A stretch of DNA of 64,000 nucleotides, from positions 32,001 through 96,000 of the forward strand of contig CAWGSK010000002.1 in the NCBI GenBank assembly GCA_963825055.1. Direction: 5' to 3'. Position numbers and translations under genes: made by a program. Within the stretch, counting starts at the first letter, position 1. Every line of letters begins with the position of its first letter. The notes under the pieces are model-generated. The model ran no database searches and was not told the origin of the DNA. It worked only from the letters and a program-made list of their open reading frames with translations. Of the stretch, positions 51,536-60,614 are shown piece after piece. Source of the stretch: an uncultured Gemmatimonadales bacterium (GTDB taxonomy: Bacteria > Gemmatimonadota > Gemmatimonadetes > Gemmatimonadales > GWC2-71-9).

Positions 51536-52882
51536 ATGGCCGCAGTGGCGCAGGAGAACCGCCGCGAACTGACGCACGGGGACATCACCCGGGACGTCAT
51601 CAACACGCTGGGGACGCCCAGCCGCGGGTACTTGCTGCTCTTCGCCGGGGCGGTGTCACTCTTCCTGGTCGGGGTGGTGACCTTCACCCTCCTGCTCAAG
51701 GACGGGCTGGGGCTCGCGGGCTACAACCCGCCCGCGTTCTGGTCGGTGTTCATCACCAACTTCGTGTTCTGGGTCGGTATTGGCCACGCGGGCACGCTGA
51801 TCTCCGCCATCCTGTTCCTTTTCCGCTCCCCGTGGCGGACGGCGGTCTACCGGGCGACGGAGGCGATGACGGTCTTCGCGGTCATGACCGCGGGCCTCTT
51901 CCCGATCATCCACATCGGGCGCCAGTGGTTCTTCTACTGGCTCCTGCCGTACCCGAACAACCGGCACATCTGGCCCAACTTCAAGTCCCCGCTCATCTGG
52001 GACGTCTTCGCCGTGGCGACGTACCTGACCGTGTCCACGGTGTTCCTGGTGGTTGGCCTGGTGCCGGACATCGCCGCGGTGCGGGACAAGCTGGGCGGCT
52101 GGCGCGGCCGGATCTACCGCATGGCGTCGGTGGGGTGGAAGGGCACCGCGAACCAGTGGCGGCACTATTCGCGCGGCTACCTCTACATGGCCGCCCTGGC
52201 GACGCCACTGGTGCTCTCGGTGCACTCCGTGGTGTCCTGGGACTTCGCCATGAGCATCGTGCCGGGATGGCACGGGACGATCTTCGCCCCGTACTTCGTG
52301 GCCGGCGCCATCTACTCGGGTATCGGGATGGTGTTCACCCTCCTGATCCCGCTCCGGCGCGCGTTCAAGATCGAGCACCTGATCACCGAGTACCACTTCG
52401 ACAACCTGGCCAAGCTGGCGCTGCTCACCGGAACCATCCTGTTCTACTCGTACGGGATGGAATACTTCGTGGCGTGGTACAGCGGCAACCAGTTCGAGCA
52501 GACCACGTTCTTCCTGCGGGCCTTCGGCCCCATGTGGTGGGCCGGCTGGACGATGATCATCTGCAACGCCTTCGTCTCCCAGCTGCTCTGGTTCCGGAAG
52601 ATCCGTACGAACACGACGGCACTGTTCGTCATCTCGATCTTCATCAACATCGGGATGTGGTTCGAGCGGTACGTGATCATCGTGTCCTCCCTCCGGAACG
52701 ACTACGAGCCATGGGCCTGGGGCCAGCTCACCCCGACCTGGGCGGACTGGGGCATCCTGCTCGGCAGCTTCGGCTGGTTCTTCATGTGGTTCCTCCTCTT
52801 CGCCCGCACCTTCCCGGTGGTGGCGATCCAGGAGGTCAAGGAACTGATTCCGATGCCGCGGAAGCGGAAGGGGAGTCACTGA
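51536..52882 (+). CDS. actC: ACIII NrfD/PsrC-type quinol-binding membrane subunit
   Basis: FWVGIGHAGTLISA, SPLIWD, LSVHSVVSWDFA, GMWFERYVI. Confidence 0.93.
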   Translation: MAAVAQENRRELTHGDITRDVINTLGTPSRGYLLLFAGAVSLFLVGVVTFTLLLKDGLGLAGYNPPAFWSVFITNFVFWVGIGHAGTLISAILFLFRSPWRTAVYRATEAMTVFAVMTAGLFPIIHIGRQWFFYWLLPYPNNRHIWPNFKSPLIWDVFAVATYLTVSTVFLVVGLVPDIAAVRDKLGGWRGRIYRMASVGWKGTANQWRHYSRGYLYMAALATPLVLSVHSVVSWDFAMSIVPGWHGTIFAPYFVAGAIYSGIGMVFTLLIPLRRAFKIEHLITEYHFDNLAKLALLTGTILFYSYGMEYFVAWYSGNQFEQTTFFLRAFGPMWWAGWTMIICNAFVSQLLWFRKIRTNTTALFVISIFINIGMWFERYVIIVSSLRNDYEPWAWGQLTPTWADWGILLGSFGWFFMWFLLFARTFPVVAIQEVKELIPMPRKRKGSH

Positions 52883-53394
52883 TGGCCAAGACTGTACCGG
52901 GGGTGCTCGGGTCCTTCGTCCACATCGACGCGGCGACCGATGCGATCCGGACCCTCCAGAACCAGGGACGGAAGGACTTCACCGTGTATTCGGCGGCGCC
53001 CAACCATGAACTCGAGGATGCGCTCGACCAGCCCATCAGCCCCGTGCGGCTGTTCACGCTGATCGGGGGCATCACCGGGATCGTCTCCGCCGTCGCCATG
53101 ACCTTCTGGATGTCCAAGGACTGGCCACTGCTGGTGGGCGGGAAGCCGATCGCCACGGTGCCGCCCTATGTGGTCATCTTCTTCGAGCTGATGGTCCTCT
53201 TCGGCTCCCTCGCGACGGTCCTCGGGATCATCGTCATGGCGTCGCTCAAGCGGACGGGGGGCCTCCTCTACGATCCGTCCTTTTCGGATGACCGGGTGGG
53301 CATCTTCGTGCCGTGCCCGGTGGCCGAATACGGGACCATCGAGGCGCTCATGCGGGAAGCCGGTTCCACGGAGGTCAAGCATGCGACGGCGTAA
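52882..53394 (+). CDS. actD: ACIII subunit D (DUF3341)
   Basis: WPLLVGGKP, FELMVLF, DPSFSDD; TGATG coupling. Confidence 0.88.
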   Translation: MAKTVPGVLGSFVHIDAATDAIRTLQNQGRKDFTVYSAAPNHELEDALDQPISPVRLFTLIGGITGIVSAVAMTFWMSKDWPLLVGGKPIATVPPYVVIFFELMVLFGSLATVLGIIVMASLKRTGGLLYDPSFSDDRVGIFVPCPVAEYGTIEALMREAGSTEVKHATA

Positions 53395-53989
53395 TCTCGT
53401 GCGCGGCTTCACCGTCGCCCTGACCGCCCTCGCGCTCTCAGGGTGCCAGTGGTACTACTACCAGGTGCCGTCGCCGGATGACCTGATGCATGTCATCCCG
53501 TGGTTCGATGCCATGATCAACGTGCCGACGGTCTATCCCTACGAGACGGCGGCGATCCCGCGGAACACCGTGCCCGGCACGGTGCCGGTGGGCGGCGGCC
53601 AGCCGGACTGGTCAGCCGAGTGGCGCGTCGGCAACACCACGACGGCCGATGCGCTGGCCAACCCGACCGATGGCGCCTGGACCGCCCACGGCGACACCCT
53701 CTACCAGACCTTCTGCTCGACCTGCCACGGCCCGCAGGGCACCGGCAGCCTCACGGTGGGCCCCCGGATCGGCGCGCCCCAGATCGCCACCGACCGGGTA
53801 CGCGGGTTCTCCGACGGCTACATCTACAGCATGATCCGCTACGGACGCGGCGTCATGCCGCGCTACGGCGACAAGGTCTATCGGCCGGAAGACCGGTGGG
53901 CCATCGTGAACTACGTCAGGCACCTGGGCGCGACCGTCAGCACGACGAACCCACCGCCGCCCGCGGATTCCACGGCGGGAGGCCGGTAA
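53381..53989 (+). CDS. actE: ACIII monoheme cytochrome c lipoprotein
   Basis: LSGC lipobox, single CSTCH, MPRY, RWAIVNYVR. Confidence 0.88.
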   Translation: MRRRNLVRGFTVALTALALSGCQWYYYQVPSPDDLMHVIPWFDAMINVPTVYPYETAAIPRNTVPGTVPVGGGQPDWSAEWRVGNTTTADALANPTDGAWTAHGDTLYQTFCSTCHGPQGTGSLTVGPRIGAPQIATDRVRGFSDGYIYSMIRYGRGVMPRYGDKVYRPEDRWAIVNYVRHLGATVSTTNPPPPADSTAGGR

Positions 53990-55320
53990 TGGACAGGACG
54001 GTTCTGCGCGCGGAGCTCGGGGCCCGCTCGGTCGAGCGGCACTTCGGCCCGTTCCTCCTGGTGGGCGGGGCGCTGGCGGTGATTGGCGTCGTCCTCTTCC
54101 TGCTGACCCTGACCGGCGACGCCGCCACGCGCGGCTGGCAGCTCTTCCACGTCAACTGGCTTTTCTTCACGAGCGTGTCCGCGGGCAGCGTGGCCCTCCT
54201 GGCGGTCTATCGCACCGCGAATGCCAAGTGGGCCGGCGTCATCATCCGGTTCTCCACCGCCTGTGCCGCGTTCCTGCCGGTCTCGTTCCTCGGCTTCCTC
54301 GCCATTTTCGGGCCCGGCTACCACCACATCTTCCCCGAGATGCATGGCCTCTTCCACGCCAAGGAAGTGTGGCTGAGCCGGCCATGGATGTTCTGGCGGC
54401 TCTTCATCGGGCTTGGCGCCCTGTACGGGCTCGCCTTCCTGCTGGTGCGGGCGGACATCGTGCCTGACCTGTACGAGGTGCGGGACCGGGTGAGCGGTGA
54501 CCGGCGGAATCTGTTCACCCGCCTGGCCGATGCTGCCGGCTTCGACGGCTCCGCCGAGGCCATCGTCCGGCAGGACCTGCGGATCCGTCGCCTGTCCGCG
54601 GTGTTCCTCGTGGTGTACGCGCTGGTCATGACCCTGGTCGCGTTCGACACGATCATGGCGCTCCAGCCCCACTGGTTCTCCAACCTGCTCGGCGGTTTCT
54701 TCTTCATGGGCGCCTTCCTGTCGGCGCACATGGCCCTGGCCCTCCTGACCATCATGGGCCGTCGCCGGTTCGGCCTCGACGACGTGATCTCGCCCAAGCA
54801 GCGGCACGACCTCGGCAAGCTCTGCTTCGGCTTCACCGTCTTCTGGGGTTACCTCATGTGGGCCCAGTACCTGGTGATCTGGTACGGCAACCTGCCCGAG
54901 GAGACCGGCTTCCTGTTCGCCCGGCTGTACGGCCCCTGGCTCCCGATCGGGAAGGCCGTCTTCCTGATGGTCTTCGTGATCCCCTTTATCGGCCTGCTCG
55001 GCGTGATGCCGAAGAAGCTCCCCATCACGATGGGCCTCTTCGCGACAATCAGCCTGACCGGCCTCTGGCTCGAGCGCTACCTGCTGGTGCTGCCCAGCGT
55101 CACGCCCCACGCCGGCCCGGTCTTCGGCCTGCCCGAGGTGGGCGCGACCGCGCTCTTTGCGGGCGTCTTCCTGCTCTGTTACACGGCCTACGCGCACACA
55201 TTCCCGATGCTCTCCCCGATGCGGGCGATGATCACCATCGACAAGGAGACGCATCACGAGGTGAGCGCCTTCGACCACGAGGAATCGGGGAAGGACTTTA
55301 CCCACGTGGAGACCGAATAG
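53989..55320 (+). CDS. actF: ACIII membrane subunit F
   Basis: DTIMALQPHWFS, HDLGKL, QYLVIWYGNLPEE; about 10 TM. Confidence 0.9.
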   Translation: MDRTVLRAELGARSVERHFGPFLLVGGALAVIGVVLFLLTLTGDAATRGWQLFHVNWLFFTSVSAGSVALLAVYRTANAKWAGVIIRFSTACAAFLPVSFLGFLAIFGPGYHHIFPEMHGLFHAKEVWLSRPWMFWRLFIGLGALYGLAFLLVRADIVPDLYEVRDRVSGDRRNLFTRLADAAGFDGSAEAIVRQDLRIRRLSAVFLVVYALVMTLVAFDTIMALQPHWFSNLLGGFFFMGAFLSAHMALALLTIMGRRRFGLDDVISPKQRHDLGKLCFGFTVFWGYLMWAQYLVIWYGNLPEETGFLFARLYGPWLPIGKAVFLMVFVIPFIGLLGVMPKKLPITMGLFATISLTGLWLERYLLVLPSVTPHAGPVFGLPEVGATALFAGVFLLCYTAYAHTFPMLSPMRAMITIDKETHHEVSAFDHEESGKDFTHVETE

Positions 55321-55349
55321 GTCGAAGAGGTCGAAGGTCGAAAGACGAG

Positions 55350-55383
55350 CGGTCGGACGTCCGCCAGGATGCCCGACCGTTTT
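55350..55383 (+). terminator. Terminator of the act operon
   Basis: CGGTCGGACGTCC-GCCA-GGATGCCCGACCG-TTTT. Confidence 0.7.
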
Positions 55384-55387
55384 CCTT

Positions 55388-55413
55388 CCCGATACCCGAT
55401 ACCCGATACCCGA
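55388..55413. repeat. 7-mer tandem repeat (CCCGATA) about 3.7 units
   Basis: cccgata cccgata cccgata cccga between two terminators. Confidence 0.75.
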
Positions 55414-55430
55414 CCACCCTTCGACCCCCC

Positions 55431-55469
55431 AAAACAGAAGGCACCCCCGCCTTCCGGAGATGCCTCCTG
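55431..55469 (-). terminator. Terminator of the ECF/anti-sigma unit
   Basis: - strand CAGGAGGCATCTCCG-GAAGG-CGGGGGTGCCTTCTG-TTTT; G-U pairs work only on this strand. Confidence 0.7.
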
Positions 55470-55520
55470 CTGCTACTCCCCCTCTCTCAGAAGGGGGCGT
55501 GACCCGCGCACCCGGTCAGG

Positions 55521-56645
55521 TCAGGGTGACGGGCTGATCTGGGGCACGGCCTGCGTCGTGGGACGCGGGACGGTGCGGTCGGACGGGATGGGCAGTCGGA
55601 CCAGCAGCGCCCGGAGCGAGTCGGAGGGAAGCTGGCCCGTGATCGCGACCATCCGGTTCCCCTGGCGCAGCTGCACCATGGTCTCGCTGGCCGCAGTGCG
55701 GATTGCCCCGCGGGCGAGCAGTTCCGAGACCGGGCCTGCCGGGCCCTCGATGGTGCGAATCATCTCACCGGTTGCGAGCTGCTGGTCCACCGCCACGATA
55801 CGCTCGTTCGGGTTCACGCCCTGAATCTTGACCTGGATGACCGGCAGGCCGGCCACCCGGGGCAGGGGGGCGCCGCTTTCCTCCTCCGCGCCCGCCACGT
55901 CCACCAGCCGCCAGAGGCCGTCGGGGTCGCGGGTGTCGAGCCGCCGCTGCTCCGCCAGGGCCCGCGCCGGCAGGACGGGAAGGGCTTCGCGTTCCGGCGC
56001 CGGCGCCCGAGTCGGTGTGGTGTCCAGGGCCACCTGCCGGGGGGTGCCGTCCTCAAGGAAGGGATTCGGCAGGACCCGGGTCTGGCGCAGGGTCGGGGGC
56101 GCGACGGGCGGGTCTTCCCGCTCCAGGGGGGCCTGGACGGGTCCGGCCACTTCGCGCGGGGGGTCGGACATCGTCGCGCCCTCGCCCGGGGTGATGGAGG
56201 CGGCGGTGTCAGTGATGGCGAGGGAAGTCCCGGCGCCGCCTGGCGATGATGGAGGGGCCGCCTCGACCACACCAGGCGAGTTTTCAGCCGTTTCCGGCCG
56301 CCGGGACGGTTCATCCTGCGTGTCCTGCCACACCCGGGCCGACCAGCCCAGGGCGATCGCCCCGATGAAGCTGGCGGCCCAGATGGCGCGCCGAAGGACA
56401 CGATGCCGGCGCGCCGATTCCCCGAGATGACGGCGCCGGAGCGTGTCATAGCTGGGGGAGATGCGGGTCGGCGGGGCCAGGACGGCCAGCAGGGCCGTGG
56501 TGCGGTCACGCAGGGCCGCGATGCCGTCCCGCGTGGCCCGGCACTGGGCGCAGGCCGCGAGATGGCTCTCAATCTCGACGCACTGCGACCGGCTCAGCGC
56601 CTGGTCCAGGTAGGCGTGCAGTTCTTCTTCAGGAATATGCGGCAT
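55521..56645 (-). CDS. Zinc-binding (zf-HC2/ZAS) transmembrane anti-sigma factor
   Basis: HIPEEELHAYLD...HLAACAQC, one TM (WAASFIGAIALGW), Pro-rich linker. Confidence 0.85.
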   Translation of the reverse strand: MPHIPEEELHAYLDQALSRSQCVEIESHLAACAQCRATRDGIAALRDRTTALLAVLAPPTRISPSYDTLRRRHLGESARRHRVLRRAIWAASFIGAIALGWSARVWQDTQDEPSRRPETAENSPGVVEAAPPSSPGGAGTSLAITDTAASITPGEGATMSDPPREVAGPVQAPLEREDPPVAPPTLRQTRVLPNPFLEDGTPRQVALDTTPTRAPAPEREALPVLPARALAEQRRLDTRDPDGLWRLVDVAGAEEESGAPLPRVAGLPVIQVKIQGVNPNERIVAVDQQLATGEMIRTIEGPAGPVSELLARGAIRTAASETMVQLRQGNRMVAITGQLPSDSLRALLVRLPIPSDRTVPRPTTQAVPQISPSP

Positions 56646-57147
56646 TGTTCCGCGCTTCCTCTTCTTCCCTGTCATGGGCTTCCACCAGGCGGCGGCGGGC
56701 GCGGGCGAGTGTCGTGCCCACGGCGCCCACCGCCAGTCCGGTCTGCTGCGCAATCTCCGGGTAGCTGAGCCCGCTGTCCCAGAGCAGGAGGACCTCGCGG
56801 TCGCGCGGCGTCAGGGCATTCAGGGCCCGCTGCACTTTCGCGACACGCTCGTCGTGCTCCACGGCCTCGTCCGGCTGCGGCTCACGGGTCGGCATCATGA
56901 TCGGATCGGACTTCAGCAGGGTCAGGTGCCGCTTGCGGCGCACGGCCGCCCTCGCCTCGTCCCGCGCGAGGTTGGCCGCCACGGCGAACACCCACGCCCG
57001 CGGCTTCTCGGGCTGGTGTGCCATGGCGCGGACGAAGACCTCCTGTGCGAGGTCCTGCGCCCGGTCGGCGTCCCATACCTTCCGGTACAGGAAGCGCACC
57101 ACCGCTGGATAGGTGGTCCGGTACAGTTCCTCGAGGTCTTCGGTCAC
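56629..57147 (-). CDS. ECF sigma factor
   Basis: AQDLAQEVF, WVFAVAANLARD, GLSYPEIA, VGTTLARARRRL. Confidence 0.92.
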   Translation of the reverse strand: MTEDLEELYRTTYPAVVRFLYRKVWDADRAQDLAQEVFVRAMAHQPEKPRAWVFAVAANLARDEARAAVRRKRHLTLLKSDPIMMPTREPQPDEAVEHDERVAKVQRALNALTPRDREVLLLWDSGLSYPEIAQQTGLAVGAVGTTLARARRRLVEAHDREEEEARNNAAYS

Positions 57148-57228
57148 GCGCGCTCCGTCATCAAGGGCCGTGATTCCTGCCAGCCTGAGAGACGTCCCAC
57201 CCCCCCTGCATTGCACAGGAGGGCCGGG

Positions 57229-58020
57229 TCAGGATCCCCGGGGTGCGGGTTCCATTCCCTTCCGCCAGCGCCGGGCCCGGACCGGGCCGAGGACACAGCC
57301 CGGGTGGACCTGGGTCCGCTTCGGCGGCCATTTGCTGCAGAGCTCGGGCTTGGCTGTCCGGCCGTCCGGCCGGAGCCGGCCATGCAGGCTGCAGGCGACG
57401 CCGTCATCCCCAAGATAGCCGCAGGCGGAGAGGATCTCTGCTTCGATCGACTCGTCGTCCTCCCGTTCCACCTTGCACAGATAGGGCGGCTTTCGTGACC
57501 GGAGGAGAAGCTCCGTCCGCTGGTCCGACTCGGGGCACATGATCTCTACCTGGAGGTCGCGGCAGCAGGCCGCGCCAACCGAGTGGTCGGCGGTCGTACA
57601 GCGTGCCGCGAGGCACGGATTGTCACCGTTCTGCAGCACCGGCAGGCTCCCCCGGGGCTCGGCGAGCCGCCGGCTGACCAGCCGGCCACCATCGACGAGA
57701 CGTGCGGCGTCCTTCCCCAGGCGCCGGGGCTGCTCGGGCTTGCGGGGCGCCCGCGGCGCAGGACCGGTGAAGCCGTGGACCTGGCAGTTCGCCCGGCCGC
57801 CCTCTTCCCGGAGATGTTTGCACGGGACGTGGATCACGACGTCCGCGTAGAGGTCGTCGCCGTCGTCCCACAAACGGTCGAATTCCATGCGCTCGGTGTG
57901 CCCGAGGAGCCACGTGGCCTCGTGGTCGAGGGAGGCTTCATCGAGGGCGCTGACATGGAGGGTAACCCGCAGGGCGCGACACTGGCGGCCGAGGCCGCGA
58001 CAGGGAGGGGGTTGCGTCAC
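57229..58020 (-). CDS. Cys-rich protein with YkgJ/CxxCxxCC-like domain
   Basis: PC..ARC..GAACC, CGYL, CSLHG, KPELC..WP; TACGCT 6 nt before GTG. Confidence 0.7.
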   Translation of the reverse strand: MTQPPPCRGLGRQCRALRVTLHVSALDEASLDHEATWLLGHTERMEFDRLWDDGDDLYADVVIHVPCKHLREEGGRANCQVHGFTGPAPRAPRKPEQPRRLGKDAARLVDGGRLVSRRLAEPRGSLPVLQNGDNPCLAARCTTADHSVGAACCRDLQVEIMCPESDQRTELLLRSRKPPYLCKVEREDDESIEAEILSACGYLGDDGVACSLHGRLRPDGRTAKPELCSKWPPKRTQVHPGCVLGPVRARRWRKGMEPAPRGS

Positions 58021-58161
58021 GGAGGTAGCGTATTTCCTTGCAGTGGGGTATAATTGAAGCTGCTTGTGAAACGATTCACAAGCGGGGCGGAGGGAGATTT
58101 CCGCGAGAACGCAGCAGGTAATCTAACATTTTTTCCCGGCAGTCCGTGGAGGTGTGGTCGA

Positions 58162-58650
58162 ATGCGTGCGAGTTTCCTGATGGCAGGTCTGGTCGTCGCC
58201 CTGGTGGCGTGCGGCGGTGGGGAGAAGTCGGATGACGCGGCCATGGCGGACAACGCCATGACCGACAGCAGCAGCATGATGCACGATGATGCGGCCACTC
58301 CGGCTGCGACCGGTGCGACACACGACGTCAAGATGGAGCTCGACGGCTCGACCTACAAGTACGAGCCGTCCAGCCTGACCGTGAAGCCGGGCGACGTGGT
58401 GGTCTTCCACAACGTCAGCGGCGGGCCGCACAATGTCGAGTTCTATCCGGACAGCATCCCGGCAGGCGCCGCCGACGCGCTGAACGCCGGCATGAGTGAT
58501 CGCCTGGGCCCGTTGCAGGGCCAGCTGCTCACCGAGCCGAACGCCACCTACACGGTGAGCTTCGCCGGTGCCCCGGTGGGCACCTACAAGTTCTTCTGCC
58601 TGCCGCACGTGGCGCTGGGCATGAAGGGCGAGATTACGGTAGAGCAGTAG
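58162..58650 (+). CDS. Plastocyanin/azurin-family blue copper lipoprotein
   Basis: LVAC lipobox; type-1 Cu ligands GPHNV and FFCLPHVALGM; GGAGG RBS. Confidence 0.92.
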   Translation: MRASFLMAGLVVALVACGGGEKSDDAAMADNAMTDSSSMMHDDAATPAATGATHDVKMELDGSTYKYEPSSLTVKPGDVVVFHNVSGGPHNVEFYPDSIPAGAADALNAGMSDRLGPLQGQLLTEPNATYTVSFAGAPVGTYKFFCLPHVALGMKGEITVEQ

Positions 58651-58660
58651 AACGGCAGCA

Positions 58661-58688
58661 AGTAGTGAGTAGTGAGTAGTGAGTAGTG
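58661..58688 (+). repeat. (AGTAGTG)x4 perfect 7-mer repeat
   Basis: Lies between the cupredoxin stop and a terminator hairpin. Confidence 0.9.
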
Positions 58689-58693
58689 ATGCA

Positions 58694-58728
58694 GGGGCGG
58701 ACTGCCGGCGCGGCAGCCGCCCCGTTTC
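58694..58728 (+). terminator. Terminator after the cupredoxin gene
   Basis: GGGGCGGACTGCCG-GCG-CGGCAGCCGCCCC-GTTTC. Confidence 0.65.
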
Positions 58729-58800
58729 ACGTACCCTCCCCCGAAACGACCCATCGAGTCCGCCACCGAACCAGCGACTGACGACTCGACGACTAACGAC

Positions 58801-59661
58801 TTAACCAGCCCCCCTGTCCCCCAGAACCCGCCCCGTCCCCACCACCACCCCCGCCACCACCACTCCGGCGATCGCATCGACCGCGTAGTGCATCTGGCAA
58901 TAGACCACACCGATGGTCAGCAGCGCTGTAGGCACGACCAGCAGCCACCCCAGTTTCCGTGAGCCGATCATGGCCGTCGCGGTGGCGGTGACGGTCGCCG
59001 CCACGTGGCTGCTGGGGAATGCCGCGCCATACGCGCTGCCACTCGCGAGGACGTCGTACACCAGCCGCGCCATCGGGTTCTGGACGAAGGTGCCGGTGGG
59101 GCGGGCGAACTCGTAGTACGGCCCCGCCACGGGGAAGAAGACAAACGCCAGGTAGCAGGCCACGAAGGTGACCGTCACGTACAGCACCGTCCGGCGCAGG
59201 GCCGTGAGGTCACCGGTCCAGGCGAACCAGCCCACGGGCAGCGGGATGATCAGGTAGTAGGCGAAGTAGGCCCCATGCAGGACCGTGGACCAGGAGGTGC
59301 TGGGGGAGGCGCGCCACCAGTCGCGGGCCGGCTGAAAGCCGAAAAGCGCCTGCTCCCAGTGCTGGACCAGGGCATCGTGCACCGGGACCGCGCCACCCCC
59401 GTTCAGCAGGTCGATGGCGCTGTACAGGCTGACGAGCAGGAGGATCGGGTAGACTTCGCGGAGCGCCCGCCCCACGACGCCGAGCCCGGGACGGGACAGC
59501 AGCCAGATGAGGAGGGCCGTGAGCGCGTTCGCCAGCAGGACCCACCGGCAGGCCGGAAACCGTCCGAGCCGCGCTACCGCCATGACCGAAATGACGGCGA
59601 GGTAGGCCAGGAGGACGACATCGACGGGCCGGAAGCGCCCGCGGCCAGGCGCTAGAGCCAT
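58801..59661 (-). CDS. PAP2-superfamily membrane protein, AUR1/IPC-synthase-like (PAP2_3 type)
   Basis: Multi-TM; FFPVAGP, AAFPSSH, HYAVDAIAG; no KxxxxxxRP C1 motif. Confidence 0.8.
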   Translation of the reverse strand: MALAPGRGRFRPVDVVLLAYLAVISVMAVARLGRFPACRWVLLANALTALLIWLLSRPGLGVVGRALREVYPILLLVSLYSAIDLLNGGGAVPVHDALVQHWEQALFGFQPARDWWRASPSTSWSTVLHGAYFAYYLIIPLPVGWFAWTGDLTALRRTVLYVTVTFVACYLAFVFFPVAGPYYEFARPTGTFVQNPMARLVYDVLASGSAYGAAFPSSHVAATVTATATAMIGSRKLGWLLVVPTALLTIGVVYCQMHYAVDAIAGVVVAGVVVGTGRVLGDRGAG

Positions 59662-60614
59662 CCCTCCCCGCGGTACCACTCGAAGGTCGAGCGGAGGCCC
59701 TCGGCGTGGCCGTGCCTCGCCTGCCAGCCGGTCGTGGCCGTGAGGGCGGCGGGGTCACAGGTCCAGGCCGGCTGGAAGAACTCGTTCGCCTTGTCCGGAT
59801 TCAGGATGGTCGCCCGGCCGGCGAGGCGGGCCATCCCTCCCGTCACGTGCAGCAGCGCGCGACCGATGGGTTCGGGGACCGGGATCACGCGCACCGTCCG
59901 CGACATTGCCGCAGCCACCTCACGCACGAAGTCCCCGCTCGTCACGATATCCGGGTGGCTGGCGTAGAAGATGCCTTCCGCACCGGCGTGGCCCGCCGCG
60001 GCCAGCGCCTCCGCCAGGTCGGGCCCGTAGATCAGCGATATGTGCTGCGTGCCGCCACCGAAGACCGGCGCAAAGCCGTAGCGCGCGATCCGGAACAGCT
60101 TGAGCACCTCGGTGTCTCGGGGCCCGTACACCGTGGGCGGGCGGATGATGGTCCAGGGCAGGGGACCGGCCCGCACCACTTCCTCGGCTGCCAGCTTGCT
60201 GCGGCCGTAGGCCGTGACGGGGCGGGGAGTCTCCGGGCCGGTGAGGGGCCGCCCGGGCTCAGTGGGCCCTGCCGCCGCGAGCGAGGAGACCAGGACGAAG
60301 CGCGGGCTTCCCGCGAGGGCGGCGGCTTCCTGCAGCCGCGCCGTTCCCTCCCGGTTCACCCGGACGAATTCCGCTTCGTCGCGCGCGGCCGTCAGGCCCG
60401 CGACGTGATAGATCACGTCCTGGCCCTGGACCGCCAGTGCGAGCGCGTCGACGTCGAACAGGCTTCCCTGAATGGTGTGGAGGTCGTGGTCCTGGAGGAT
60501 CGCCGCCTTGCCGGGCGAGCGCAGGAGGATGGTGACGTCGTCTCCCCGGCGCCGAAGGGCCGCCACGAGGTGGCTGCCGACGAAGCCGGTGGCCCCGGTG
60601 ACCAGCGCTTTCAC
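59652..60614 (-). CDS. Extended SDR / NAD-dependent epimerase, candidate ceramide reductase (CerR-like)
   Basis: TGATGFVG, VSSLAA, YGRSK; operon context. Confidence 0.8.
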   Translation of the reverse strand: MKALVTGATGFVGSHLVAALRRRGDDVTILLRSPGKAAILQDHDLHTIQGSLFDVDALALAVQGQDVIYHVAGLTAARDEAEFVRVNREGTARLQEAAALAGSPRFVLVSSLAAAGPTEPGRPLTGPETPRPVTAYGRSKLAAEEVVRAGPLPWTIIRPPTVYGPRDTEVLKLFRIARYGFAPVFGGGTQHISLIYGPDLAEALAAAGHAGAEGIFYASHPDIVTSGDFVREVAAAMSRTVRVIPVPEPIGRALLHVTGGMARLAGRATILNPDKANEFFQPAWTCDPAALTATTGWQARHGHAEGLRSTFEWYRGEGWL

